Of a stretch of 64,000 nt of DNA, positions 12,790-23,685 are shown piece after piece. The DNA comes from Mobula hypostoma (taxonomy: Eukaryota). The DNA lies in contig NC_086098.1 in assembly GCF_963921235.1 (NCBI RefSeq), forward strand, positions 7,626,001 through 7,690,000. The letters run 5' to 3'. Numbering within the stretch: position 1 is the first letter of the stretch; every line of letters starts with the position of its first letter. The position numbers and the translations under genes are program-made. Below the pieces are notes generated by a model, which made no database searches, was not told the origin of the DNA, and saw only the letters and a list, made by a program, of their open reading frames with translations.

Positions 12790-14378
12790 AGTGATGCTTC
12801 ACTACCAGATGAACTCAATGCCTTCTATGCCCGCTTTGAAAGGGAGAATATAACTGCAGCTGTGATGATCCCTGCTGCACCTGATGACCCTGTAATCTCT
12901 GTCTCAGAGTTCGATGTTAGGCTGTCTTTAAAGAGAGTGAACCCTTGCAAGGCAGAAGGTCCCAATGGAATACCTGATAAGGCTCTGAAAACCTGTGCCA
13001 ACCCACTACTGGGAGTAATCAAGGACATTTTCAACTTCTCACTACTATGGGCGGAAGTTCCCACCTGCTTCAAAAAGGCAATAATTATACCAGTGCCTAA
13101 GAAGAATAATGTGAGATGCCTTAATGACTAACACCCAGTAACACTCACATCTACAGTGATGAAATGCTTCGAGAGGTTGGTCATGACTAGACCGAACTCC
13201 TGCCTCAGCAAGGACCTGGACCCATTGCAATTTGCCTATTGCCACAATAGGTCAACAGCATATGTGATCTTAACGGCTCTTCACACAGCTTTAGACCACC
13301 TGGACAACACAAACACCTATGTCAGGATGCTGTTCATCAACTATAGATCAGCATTTAACACTATCACTCCCACAATCTTAATTGAGGAGTGACAGAACTT
13401 GGGCCTCTGTACCTCCCTCTGCAATTGGATCCTTGACTTCCTAACTGGAAGACCACAGTCTGTGCGGATTGGTGATAACATCTTCTCCTCGCTGACAATC
13501 AACACTGGTGCACCTCAGGGGTGTGTTCTTAGCCAACTACTCTACTCTCTCTATACCCATGACTGTATGGCTAGGCATAGCTCAAATGCCATTTATAAAT
13601 TTGCTGATGATACAACCATTGTTGGTAGAATCTCAGGTGGTGATGAGAGGGCACACAGGAGTGAGATATGCCAACTAGTGGAGAGGTGTCGCAGCAACAA
13701 CCTGGCACTCAACATCAATAAGACGAAAGAGCTGATTGTGGACTTCAGGAAGGGTAAGACGAAGGAACACATATCAATCCTCATAAAGTGATCAGAAGTG
13801 GAAAGAGTGAACAGTTTCAAGTTCCTGGGTGTCAAGATGTCTGAGGACCTAACCTGGTCCCAACATATCAATGCAGTTATAAAGAAGGCAAGACAGCGAC
13901 TATACTTGATTAGGAGTTTGAAGAGATTTGGTATATCAACAAATACACTCAAAAACTTCTATAGATGTACAGTGGCAAGTATTCTGACAGGCTGCATCAC
14001 TGTCTGGTTTGAAGGGTCTACTGCACAGGACCAAAAGAAGCTGCAGAACGTTGTAAATTTGGTTGGCTCCATCTGGGTACTAGCTTACAAAGTACCCAGG
14101 GCACCTTCAGGGAGCAGTGTCTCAGAAAGGCAGCGTCCATTATTAAGGACCTCCAGCACCCAGGGCATGCCCTTTTCTCACTGTTACCATCAGGTAGGAG
14201 GTACAGGAGCCTGAAGGCACACACTCAGTGATTCAGGAACAGCTTCTTCCCCTCTGCCATTCAATTCCTAAATGGACATTGAACCCTTGAACACTATGTC
14301 ACATTTTAAACTATTTCTATTACTATTTCTGCTTTTTTGCATGACTTTTAATCTATTCAATATACGTATACCGTAATT

Positions 14379-15590
14379 CAGCGATCCCCAAACACCGGGC
14401 CGCGAACCAGTACCAGGCCGCAAAGTTTGTGCTACCGGGCTGCAAGGAAACGATATGAGAGTCAGCTGCACCTTTCCTCATTCCCTATCACGGCCTGAGC
14501 TTGAACACACGCGAGGTCATTGCGCACGCGTCATCCATGTCAACGCGGGAAGGAGATCAATTTCTCGAGCTTGCAAATGACGGCGGGCTGAAAAGTATGT
14601 TTGACATAACATCTCTGCCGGCATTCTGGATCAAAGTCAAAGTTAAATATCCTGAGATAGCCACGAAAGCACTGAAAACGTTGCTTCCATTTCCAACATA
14701 TCTCTGGAATGAATGCAACGAAAACTAAACTGCGGAATATACTGGGCATAAGGAACCCCCTTCGAGTATCGCTGCCTTCCATCACCCCTCAATGGCACCG
14801 TCTTGTTGCAGGAAAACAAGCCCAGGGTTCCTACTGATTCAGCGATATTGGTGTGTTGCAATGATTTTATATGTTCATATGAGGAAAATATGTGCTGTGT
14901 GTTTAATATCCAAATGTTACTTAAAACGTTATGATGCTATTTTCTTATAAGTGACTTATATAACCGTATAACAATTACAGCACGGAAACAGGCCATCTCG
15001 GCCCCTCTAGTCCGTGCCGAACACTACTCTCACCTAGTCCCATCGACCTGCACTCAGCCCATAACCCTCCATTCCTTTCCTGTCCATATAGCTATCCAAT
15101 TTTTCTTTAAATGATAATATCGAACCTGCCTCAACCACTTCTACTGGAAGTTCGTTCAACACTTACTTCAAGCTCCCCTGTCCTCTCCTGATAATTGACT
15201 TATAGTCATACTCATACTTTATTGATACCAGGGGAAATTTCATGCGAGGAAAATATGCGCTGTGTGTTTAATATTAAATTCGTTAGATAAACCCTTTTAG
15301 AAACGAAATTGAGTGTATTAGCCACTTATTACCTATATTCCGGTTGTGATTAACACCCCCCCCCCCGCCGAACAGAATCGCCAAAAACGATTTGTAGAAA
15401 AAAAATCGGCACGTACACACATGAGCAAGTCACGCATGCCCACTGGTTCCCGCGCAAGGCTGCATGGTCGTGGTAGTCTTTTCGGGGTAAACACAACGTA
15501 TTTGACTGCTACTCTTGTCCGTTGGCAACCCTACCCCCCCCCACCCCTGGGTCGGCCGGTCCGTGTTGCAAAAGAGGTTGGGGACCCCTG
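14379..15590 (+). mobile_element. Non-autonomous hAT (Charlie/Buster-type) DNA transposon
   Basis: TIRs CAGCGATCCCCAAAC...GGTTGGGGACCCCTG; degenerate 8-bp TSD ccgtaatt/ctgcaatt; transposase C-terminal remnant SLPAFWIKVKVKYPEIATKALKTLLPFPTYL. Confidence 0.9.
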
Positions 15591-16327
15591 CTGCAATTGA
15601 TTGACTTATTTATTTATTATTCTGCTTCTTCTTCTATATTATGTATTGTATTGAACTGCTGCTGCTAAGCTAACAAATTTCATGACACATGCTGGTGATA
15701 ATAAACCTGATTCTGAATCAGCATCAATGAAAGAATAATAATATGTTTCAGTGAAAATGGGTCAGATTTTATTCTTCCATGGCCTTGAGATCCTATTCTT
15801 TTCAGTGATAGAGCTATCAAAGTTCAAACTAAACTTGTTATCAAACTACATTTATGTCACCATACACTACCCTGAGATTCATTTTACTGGGAACATTCAC
15901 AGTAAATACAAAGAAACATGACAGAATCAATGAAAAACTGCAACATAAAGATGGACAAACAACCAATGTGCAAAAAACAACAATTCGTGCAAACAAAAAG
16001 ATTTTAAAAAGATACTAAATAACAAAATAATAGATATTGAGAACATGTGTTACAGTGTCCTTAAAAATGGGTCCATGGGTTGTGGAATCAATTCAGTTTT
16101 GGGGTTAGATTAGAGTAGGGAAATGTTGAAACTGCTTTGATATTTAACACTTTACGCCTGTCTTCTGGTTCTCTCTGTGAATATATAAATGTGCATGAAA
16201 TTCAGCGGAAAATATTTCTCTATTGACATTGAACTAAGTATGAACTGTTAGATTGCTTCAAGAGATTAAAATGTATAATTTATTTCAAATGCAACAAGGC
16301 TTAAACAAAATATAATGAAAACCTTAC

Positions 16328-16459
16328 AGTGTAAAGAGATATTTCAATATTGCTGATATGTTCTTCATAAATTAGCAACTTCAAAGGGATATGTGGCTTT
16401 GTGATATTGTGTTCATTACCACAGTGCAAGGTACAAGCATTGGCTTGTTCCAGATAAGC
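16328..16459 (-). CDS. Candidate 132-nt phase-0 exon (copy A), product unknown
   Basis: Acceptor ttctttctttaattctccacag; open frame AYLEQANACTLHCGNEHNITKPHIPLKLLIYEEHISNIEISLYT; donor gtaagg. Confidence 0.55.
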
Positions 16460-16753
16460 CTGTGGAGAATTAAAGAAAGAAACAAATGAAGAAAAAAAAG
16501 GATGGAAGAAAGAAAGGACTAGATTAGATTAGATTATGAGGACACGCAGTCCTCTTTTATTGTCATTTAATAATGCATGCATTAAGAAATGATACAATAT
16601 TCCTCCGGTGTGATATCACAAAAGCACAGGACAGACCAAGACTGAAAAACGAACAAAACCACATAATTATAACATATAGTTACAACAGTGCAACAATACC
16701 ATAACTTGATGAAGAACAGTCCATGGCACAGGAAGTAAGGAAGGCAGGGATCA

Positions 16754-19174
16754 CAGTGGATTCTGGTTAATTGGGCCATCGATCACTTAAATCTTAACTT
16801 TGTTTATTTGGGACTACTCTTAAAGAACACAAACTAATCAAGAAAATTACTAGGATTCACTTTGCTTATTTAAAACACTCAGTCACTTTATTGAGCCGAA
16901 CAGGTTCTATCTAACATTAGTTGCGTGCACTCTGTGGTCATTGGTCACTGCGCTATGCTTAAAGTGAATAGCTTCAAAACTTTAAAACAGCATCAGTTGC
17001 GTGTATTTGTGTTTAAAAAGCAGTGATTTTTGTCACTAATAGTCGGTGAGAAATAAGCAGTAGGACCATTCAGAACTGTTTTGCTCACTGCGGCTTGAAG
17101 CATTCAAGGCTTGGGGATGCCAGAAATGGCTGGGAGTGAAAATGAAATGATTTCACTACTTCAACATGTTAGGGACTACAAAGAATTTGAAGGTATCGGC
17201 AATCACTTTTAATGTTACAGTGACAAGAAAGATTAGAAGGATGCAATCAGCAAAAGTATTATATGAAGGAAGTCCATTATCTGCACAAGGAGTTTGCACT
17301 GATTTTGCTCATTTACCATCAATCAAAAGAATATGGCAGTGTGCACTGGACAAATTTCTCCATTGATAATTAGCACATAGTTTTATTGTACTGTAGAGGG
17401 ACTGGCAGTGTTCTAAATTATTTTGCATTTCATTTAAATATAGAATTATAGTTATATTTTATATAGCTCAGTGAAGATTATAGCTGGGAGATTAATGCTC
17501 AAGGATACACATTGTATTGAAAGGACAGGCTGGAAGGCAGAGGGGGCAGCATTGCTCTGTTGATAAAATATGAAATCAAATCATTAGAAAGAGGAGTCAA
17601 AGAGTTAGAAGGTGTTGAATCCTTGTGGATAGAGCTAAGGAACTGCAAAGGTAAAAAGACCCTGATGGAAGTTGTATACAGACTCCCAAACAGTAGCAAG
17701 GATGTGGTCTACAAATTACAACAGGAGGTAGAAAATGCATGCTAAAGGGGCAATGTTACAATAGTCATGGGGGATTTCAATATCAAAGTTTCAAAGGTCT
17801 GTTTATTATCAAAACATGTATCCATATACAACTCTGAAATATGTCTTCTCCAGGTAGGTGTAGGGAGAAGTTGGTGCTCGATTCCAAGAGGGGGAATTTC
17901 TAGAATGCCTTGGAAATGTTTTTTTCGAGCAGCTGGTGGCTGAGCCCACGAGGGGATCAGATATTCTGGAGTGGGTGTTGTGCAATGAATGGGAATTGAT
18001 TAGAGAGCTTAAGGTAAAAGAACTCATGGGGACAAGTGATCATAATATGATCAATTTCACCCTGAATTTTTTTAGAATGAGAAGCTAAAGTCAGATGTTT
18101 CAGTATTACAGTGGCGTAAAGACCTAAGAGAGGAGTTGGCTAGAACTGTTTGGAAAAGAACACTGGCAGGGATGATAACGGAGCAGCAATGGCTGTAATT
18201 TTTGGAAACAATTTGAAAGGAACAGGATATTTACATCCCAAAGAGGAAGAAGTATTCTAAAGGCAAAATAACACAACTGAAGCTAACAAGAGAAGCCAAA
18301 GAGAGGGCAGATAATAGAGCAAAGATTAGTGGGAAGTTACAGGATTTAAAAACCAACAGAAAACAACTAAAGAAAAGTCATAAAGGCGGCAAAGTTGGAA
18401 AACAAAAGTAAGCTAGCCAATAATATTAAAGGAGATACCTAAAGTTTCATTAGATACATAAAGTGTAAAGGAGAGGTGAGAGTGGATAGTAGAGTGCTGG
18501 AAAATGATGTGGGAGAGGTGGTAAAAGGGGGACAAGGAAATGGCAGATCAACTGAATAAGTATTTTGCATCTGTCTTCAGTGTGGAAGACACTAGCAAAA
18601 TGGTGAAACTTCCAGGGGTCAGGAGTCATAGATCATGAAGTGTGTGAAGTTGCCATTTATTGGGAAACTGAAAGTTCTGAAGGTAGATAAATTTCCTGGA
18701 CCAGATGGTATACACTCCAGAATTCTGAAAGAGGCGGCTGAAGCTATCGTGAAGGCATTAGTAATGAACTTTCAAGAATCACTATGGTGGGAGAGTCTAA
18801 GACCAGAGGACACAGCCTCAGAATAGAGCAGGAATTTCTTTAGCCAGAGAGCAGTGAACCTCTGGAATTCTTGGTCACAGGCAGCTGTGCAGGCCAAGCC
18901 ATTAGGTGTATTTAAGGCAGAGGTTGATAGATTCTTGATTGGTCGGGGCATGAAGGGATAAAGGAGAAGGCAGGATATTGGGGCTGAGAGGAAAATTGAA
19001 TCAGCCATGATGAAATGGCGGTGCAGACTCAATGGGCCAAATGGCCTAATTCTGCTCCTATATTTTATGGTCTTATAATTTGTGCTCATTTACTGTCTTT
19101 TATACTTTTTTAACTATTTCCATTAAATTTTGGCTAATTGGCCCCAATGTGTCCCAGTCAACTGGAATCCACTG
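16754..19174. mobile_element. Tigger/pogo-like MITE interrupted by a degenerate CR1 (~17480-19075)
   Basis: Inverted termini CAGTGGATTCTGGTTAATTGGG...CCCAGTCAACTGGAATCCACTG followed by TA. The internal CR1 has endonuclease motifs (ESLWIELRN, VVYRLPNS) joined to a 3' end with most of the RT deleted. Confidence 0.8.
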
Positions 19175-19189
19175 TATTGGAAACCTTGC

Positions 19190-19256
19190 AATCGAAAGGG
19201 GTATTTGAATAGTGCTATAATGCTCTTCAGGATTTGAGCAGCTTCAAAAAGATGTG
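19190..19256 (-). pseudogene. Partial copy (C) of repeated exon-like unit
   Basis: 3' half homologous to copy B (HIFLKLL...EEHYSTIQIPLSI) with a 1-nt insertion, followed by a gcaagg donor. The 5' half is missing. Confidence 0.55.
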
Positions 19257-20519
19257 CATTCCAGAATATTTAGAGAATGTGGGGACAAATTAGAATATTG
19301 TTTCCCTTTGGCAACTGAACATACAGTATTTTATATACAGCTTTGAGATGCTGTGTTCAATGCCAAGATAGAGTATGCTATTAAACGTTGGTCTGGAATA
19401 TAACATCTGTTTTAGGTTGTTCATGTGTTCCCTGCTGCTTCCTTCAGTTCTCAGTGTGATCAGCAAAGTTTTGTTTTCTGCTTATTTGGAACCAAGAGAG
19501 TAGTTCGTAAGGTCAGAAGTTTTATTGAGAGTTTAACTGAGCAAGAAAATAGAGCTTTGTACAAAGGACCAAGCTAAAGGAAAACAGTTACATGCTGGAC
19601 AGAGAGATAAGTGCCGTCAAATGGGTGTCAATTCCCACTGACCCATTCTGTTAGCTGTCCTCAAGATAATCCAATGTCAACATTGTTTTAGAAGCAGGGT
19701 ACAGATTTATTGTATCTTTTTCATGCATCATTTTCACCAGCATTTGCTTTTGTTACCTTCAATTTACTTAGAGAGACAACACAGTAACAAGCCCTTCCAG
19801 CCCATTGAGCTTACACTGCCAAATTACATCCACGTGACTAATTACCCTTCTAAACTGTAGGTATTTGGAAGGAAACTGGAGCTGCCAAAGGAAACCCATA
19901 TGATTACAAGTGGAAGAGACAGCAGTGGATTTGAACCTGGGTTGTTGATAACTACGATACCACCTTGTTAATCCCCGGCCTGCTTCCCCGTGATGTGCCC
20001 AGACCACAAACCAATGTCAGAGCAATTCCAGAGTTTGCGGTTCTTTATGGTCAAGTGCAGTTAAAAATTCCAGAGGTATTGTAAAAAGAAACTTCCCTAT
20101 CCATGATCCTGTACAGGTTACAAGGTCAATACTATAGTAGAGGGATTACTACTTCTATGAACAGTAGAAGTTTTTCCCAGTAGAAAAAGGAACAACTACT
20201 GTCATTGGAACATCTCCATCCCCACTTTGGTGGCTCCAATTCCAGAATCAAGTAGACCTTGGTTGTCCCTACAGCCATATTCATAGCAAGGAATTGTGGG
20301 TATGTTTCTTCAAGTTCTTGATTTGAGGTTGATAACATGCCCTGACATATGGTCAGTGTATACGGGACTGGGTGAGGCCAAATCACAAGCTATTCATCAG
20401 GTGCCAGGAAGACAAGGAATTTATTGACCAGGTCCTTGATGCTGCTAAATTCTTCTTAAGGACTCCACAACCCAAGACATGCCCTCTTCTCATTCTCACC
20501 ATCAGAGAGAAGGTACAGG

Positions 20520-21012
20520 AGCCTGAAGTGGAAACCATTGAAAAGGTGCAGAGGAGATTTGCAAGGATGTTGCCTGGATTGGGGAGCATGCCTTATGAGA
20601 ATAGGTGGAGCCTTTTCTCCTTTGAGTGACGGAGGATGAAAGTTGACCTGATAGAGGTGTATAAGATGATGAGATGCATTGATCGTGTGGATAGTCAGAG
20701 GCTTTTTCCCAGAGCTGAAATGGCTATCACAAGAGGGCATAGTTTTAAGGTGCTTGGAAGCAGGTACAGAGGAGATATCAAGGGTAAGTTTTTTTTACAC
20801 AGAGAGTGGTGAGTGCGTGGAAAGGGCTGCTGGCGGCGGCGGCCAAGGCAGAAGCAATAGGGTCTTTTAAGAGACTCCCGGATGGATAAATGGAGCTTAG
20901 AAAAATAGAGGACTATGGGTAAGCCTAGGTAGTTCTAAGGTAGGGACATGTTCAGCACAGCTTTGTGGGCCGCAGGGCCTGTATTGTGCTGTAGGTTTTT
21001 TATGTTTCTATG
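20520..21012 (+). mobile_element. CR1 3' end
   Basis: IEKVQRRFARMLPGLGSMPYENR; same family as 1375-1845. Confidence 0.85.
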
Positions 21013-21251
21013 ATGACACACTTCCAATGTTTCATGAGCTGTTCCTTCCACTCCACCGTCAGATTTCTGAATGAACCATGAATTACCTCACTATTTTTTC
21101 TCTCTTTTTGTACTACTGTTTTATATATTTCTTATTATTTGTATTATATTGCACAATACTGCTGACACAAAACAACATATTTGGTCAATGGCACTATCAT
21201 TTCAATCTCCTTTACACACAGGTACTGAAAGATGAGAAACCATTTTGAATC

Positions 21252-21795
21252 TAGAGTAACACACACAAGATGTGTGAGGAACTCAACAGATCAGGCAGCA
21301 TCTGTGTAAGTGAATAAATGGTCAACATTTCAGGCTGGGACCCTTCATCAGGACTGGAACGGAAGGGGGAAGATGCCAGAATAAGAGGGTGGAGGGAGGG
21401 GAAGGAGGATGGAAGCAAGGTGGGTGGGAAAGATGAAGGGCTGGAGAAGGAGGAATCTGAGGGAAGAGGGAAGTGCACCAGAGGAGAAAGGGAAGGAGGA
21501 GGGGACCCGGGGGGGGGGGTGAAGGGCAGATGAGGAGAGGTGAAAGGTCAGAGCGGGGAACAGAAAGGGGGGAGGGGGAGGAAAAATACCAGAAGGAGAA
21601 ATTGATATTAATGCCTTCAGGTTGGAGGGTACCCAGATAGAATATAAGGTGTTGCTCCTTCACCCCGAGAGTGGCCTCGTCGTGGCACAAGAGAAGGTAA
21701 TGACCCAACATGATGGAATGGGAACGGGAATTGGAATTAAAATGCTTGAGCACCATGAAGTTCCACTTTTGGCAGAGGAAGCTGAGGTATTCAAT
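21252..21795 (-). mobile_element. Penelope-like element 3' end with hammerhead motif (21321-21355)
   Basis: GIY-YIG C-terminal motif KHFNS...KEQHLIFYLGTLQPEGININFS, and CTGATGA-AGGG-TCCCAG-CCT-GAAA on the minus strand. Confidence 0.85.
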
Positions 21796-22107
21796 CAATC
21801 AAAATCTTGAATCTTGAATCCTGTCACTCCTTTTAATAAACCTCGTCGACTCGGCCTGTCTGTCTATTAGCTTTCTGAAATTCCTGCTGTTACATATTCA
21901 TTATAGACTTCAGTATTTTTCCAATAACTAGTCTTTGTCCCCATCTTTTCTTGAATAGTAATGATACAATTCTGGATAATCAATCCTTTGAGAATGCTCC
22001 AGAAACAAGGTAACTTCGGAAGCTTATGAGCAAGACATCAACAGTCTCTGCAGTCATTCCCTGGGAACTTATTCATAAATACAGCACAGTAGTGGGTGGT
22101 GGGGTGG

Positions 22108-22335
22108 AGATATGTCTCTACCAAAAGAGGTGTAAGGCATTCCTTCCCTTTGCAAGCTGCAGGCTACCCTTGGGCAAGGTGTAGCACCTGCTTAGCTCCC
22201 AGATCAAGGTCATGTGAACCCATGAGAGCAGGTTGTGTATGAGCAGCAGGTGTATATCACAAGTCCTGGTTATGTGACCACTGACACCATTATCAAGAGC
22301 ATTGATAATGGCTGGGGTCACCCGTTTTGTAAAGG
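22108..22335 (+). mobile_element. RTE/BovB-related SINE-like repeat (other copies ~39560-39900 minus, ~47688-48090, ~51886-52195)
   Basis: Four homologous copies in the window. The longer ones contain AGAAGGCAATGGCAAACCACTT-like sequence resembling RTE-BovB-derived SINE tails. Confidence 0.65.
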
Positions 22336-22501
22336 AGATAGGTGGATGGCAGATAGTACTGAGGAAACAGGGAGGCTGCAGAAGGAATTGGACAGATTAT
22401 GACAAGGTGATTGAATACAGAGCCTGGAATCTATGGTCATACACTTTGGTAGAAGGAACAGAAGAGTAGACTATTTTCTAAATGAGCAGAAAATACAAGC
22501 A

Positions 22502-22988
22502 ACAGGAATTCTGCAGATGCTGGAAATTCAAGCAACACACATCAAAGTTGCTGGTGAACGCAGCAGGCCAGGCAGCATCTGTAGGAAGAGGTGCAGTCGA
22601 GGTTTCAGGCCGAGACCCTTCGTCAGGACTAACTGAAGGAAGAGTGAGTAAGGGATTTGAAAGTTGGAGGGGGAGGGGGAGATCCAAAATGATAGGAGAA
22701 GACAGGAGGGGGAGGGATAGAGCCAAGAGCTGGACAGGTGATAGGCAAAAGGGGATATGAGAGGATCATGGGACAGGAGGTCCGGGTCTCGTATCCCCTT
22801 TTGCCTATCACCTGTCCAGCTCTTGGCTCTATCCCACCCCCTCCTGTCTTCTCCTATCATTTTGGATCTCCCCCTCCCCCTCCAACTTACAAATCCCTTA
22901 CTCACTCTTCATTCAGTTAGTCCTGATGAAGGGTCTCGGCCTGAAACGTCGACTGCACCTCTCCCTACAGATGCTGCCTGGCCTCATG
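22502..22988. mobile_element. Penelope-like inverted-pair insertion
   Basis: 198-bp arms (22565-22762, 22787-22984), 24-nt spacer, 14-bp TSD agaaaatacaagca (22488-22501, 22989-23002). Confidence 0.9.
22919..22954 (+). ncRNA. Minimal type-I hammerhead ribozyme motif
   Basis: AGUC-CUGAUGA-AGG(GUCUCGG)CCU-GAA-ACGU-C/GACU: intact core, helix I AGUC/GACU, palindromic ACGU in place of helix III. Confidence 0.8.
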
Positions 22989-23035
22989 AGAAAATACAAG
23001 CATCAGGATACAAAGCATGGGAATGGGAATAGGAA

Positions 23036-23685
23036 TCAGAATGGGAATAGGATGTGGAATTAAAATGTGTGGCCTCTGGGAGATCCTGCTTTCTCTGGCG
23101 GACAGAGCGTAGGTGTTCCCGTTCCCATTCTGATATGTCTATCCACGGCCTCCTCTACTGTAAAGATGAAGCCACACTCAGGTTGGAGGAATAACACCCT
23201 GTATTCCATCTGGGTAGCCTCTAACATGATGGCATGAACAGTGACTTCTCAAACTTCCGCTAATGCCTCACCTCCCCCTCATACCCCATCCGTTATTTAT
23301 TTATATACACACATTCTTTCTCTCTCTCTCCTTTTTCTCCCTCTGCCCCTCTGACTATATCCCTTGTTCATCTTCTGGGTTTCCCCTCCCCCCTTTTCTT
23401 TCTCCCTAGGCCTCCTGTCCCATGATCCTCTCATATCTCTTTTGCCAATCAACTGTCCAGCTCCTGGCTCCATCCCTCCTCCTCCTGTCTTCTCCTATCA
23501 TTTTGGATCTCCCACTCCCCCTCCCACTTTCAGATCTCTTACTAGCTCTTCCTTCAGTTAGTCCTGAAGAAGGGTCTCGGCCCGAAACGTCGACTGTACC
23601 TCTTCCTAGAGATGCTGCCTGGCCTGCTGCATTCACCAGCAACTTTGATGTGTGTTGCTTGAATTTCCAGCATCTGCAGAATTCC
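23036..23685 (+). mobile_element. Penelope-like element 3' end with inverted 5' segment (~23036-23118)
   Basis: SHSDMSIHGLLYCKDEATLRLEE GIY-YIG tail, pyrimidine-rich UTR and hammerhead motif. Confidence 0.85.
23560..23595 (+). ncRNA. Minimal type-I hammerhead ribozyme motif
   Basis: AGUC-CUGAAGA-AGGG-UCUCGG-CCC-GAA-ACGU-C/GACU. Confidence 0.78.

Larger units (their letters stand above)
11840..15715 (+). mobile_element. Rex1/Babar-like LINE (RT to 3' UTR) hosting two nested insertions
   Basis: [33 protein letters not shown] and FKFLGV motifs with stops and frameshifts. Interrupted at 12279-12789 and 14379-15590. Confidence 0.9.

Noticed and set aside
16328..16459. Resemblance of copy A to IL-2 exon 3 (phase 0-0, Cys at position 9, ISNI near the end) or to an interferon exon
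   Set aside because: Only a few residues match, the proline-containing middle does not fit the expected helix, ISNI is not kept in copy B, and no other cytokine exons were found. No gene name assigned.
20020..20375. Possible Gypsy pol remnant (HPVPYT...)
   Set aside because: Only one short motif; neighbouring RT motifs are not recoverable.
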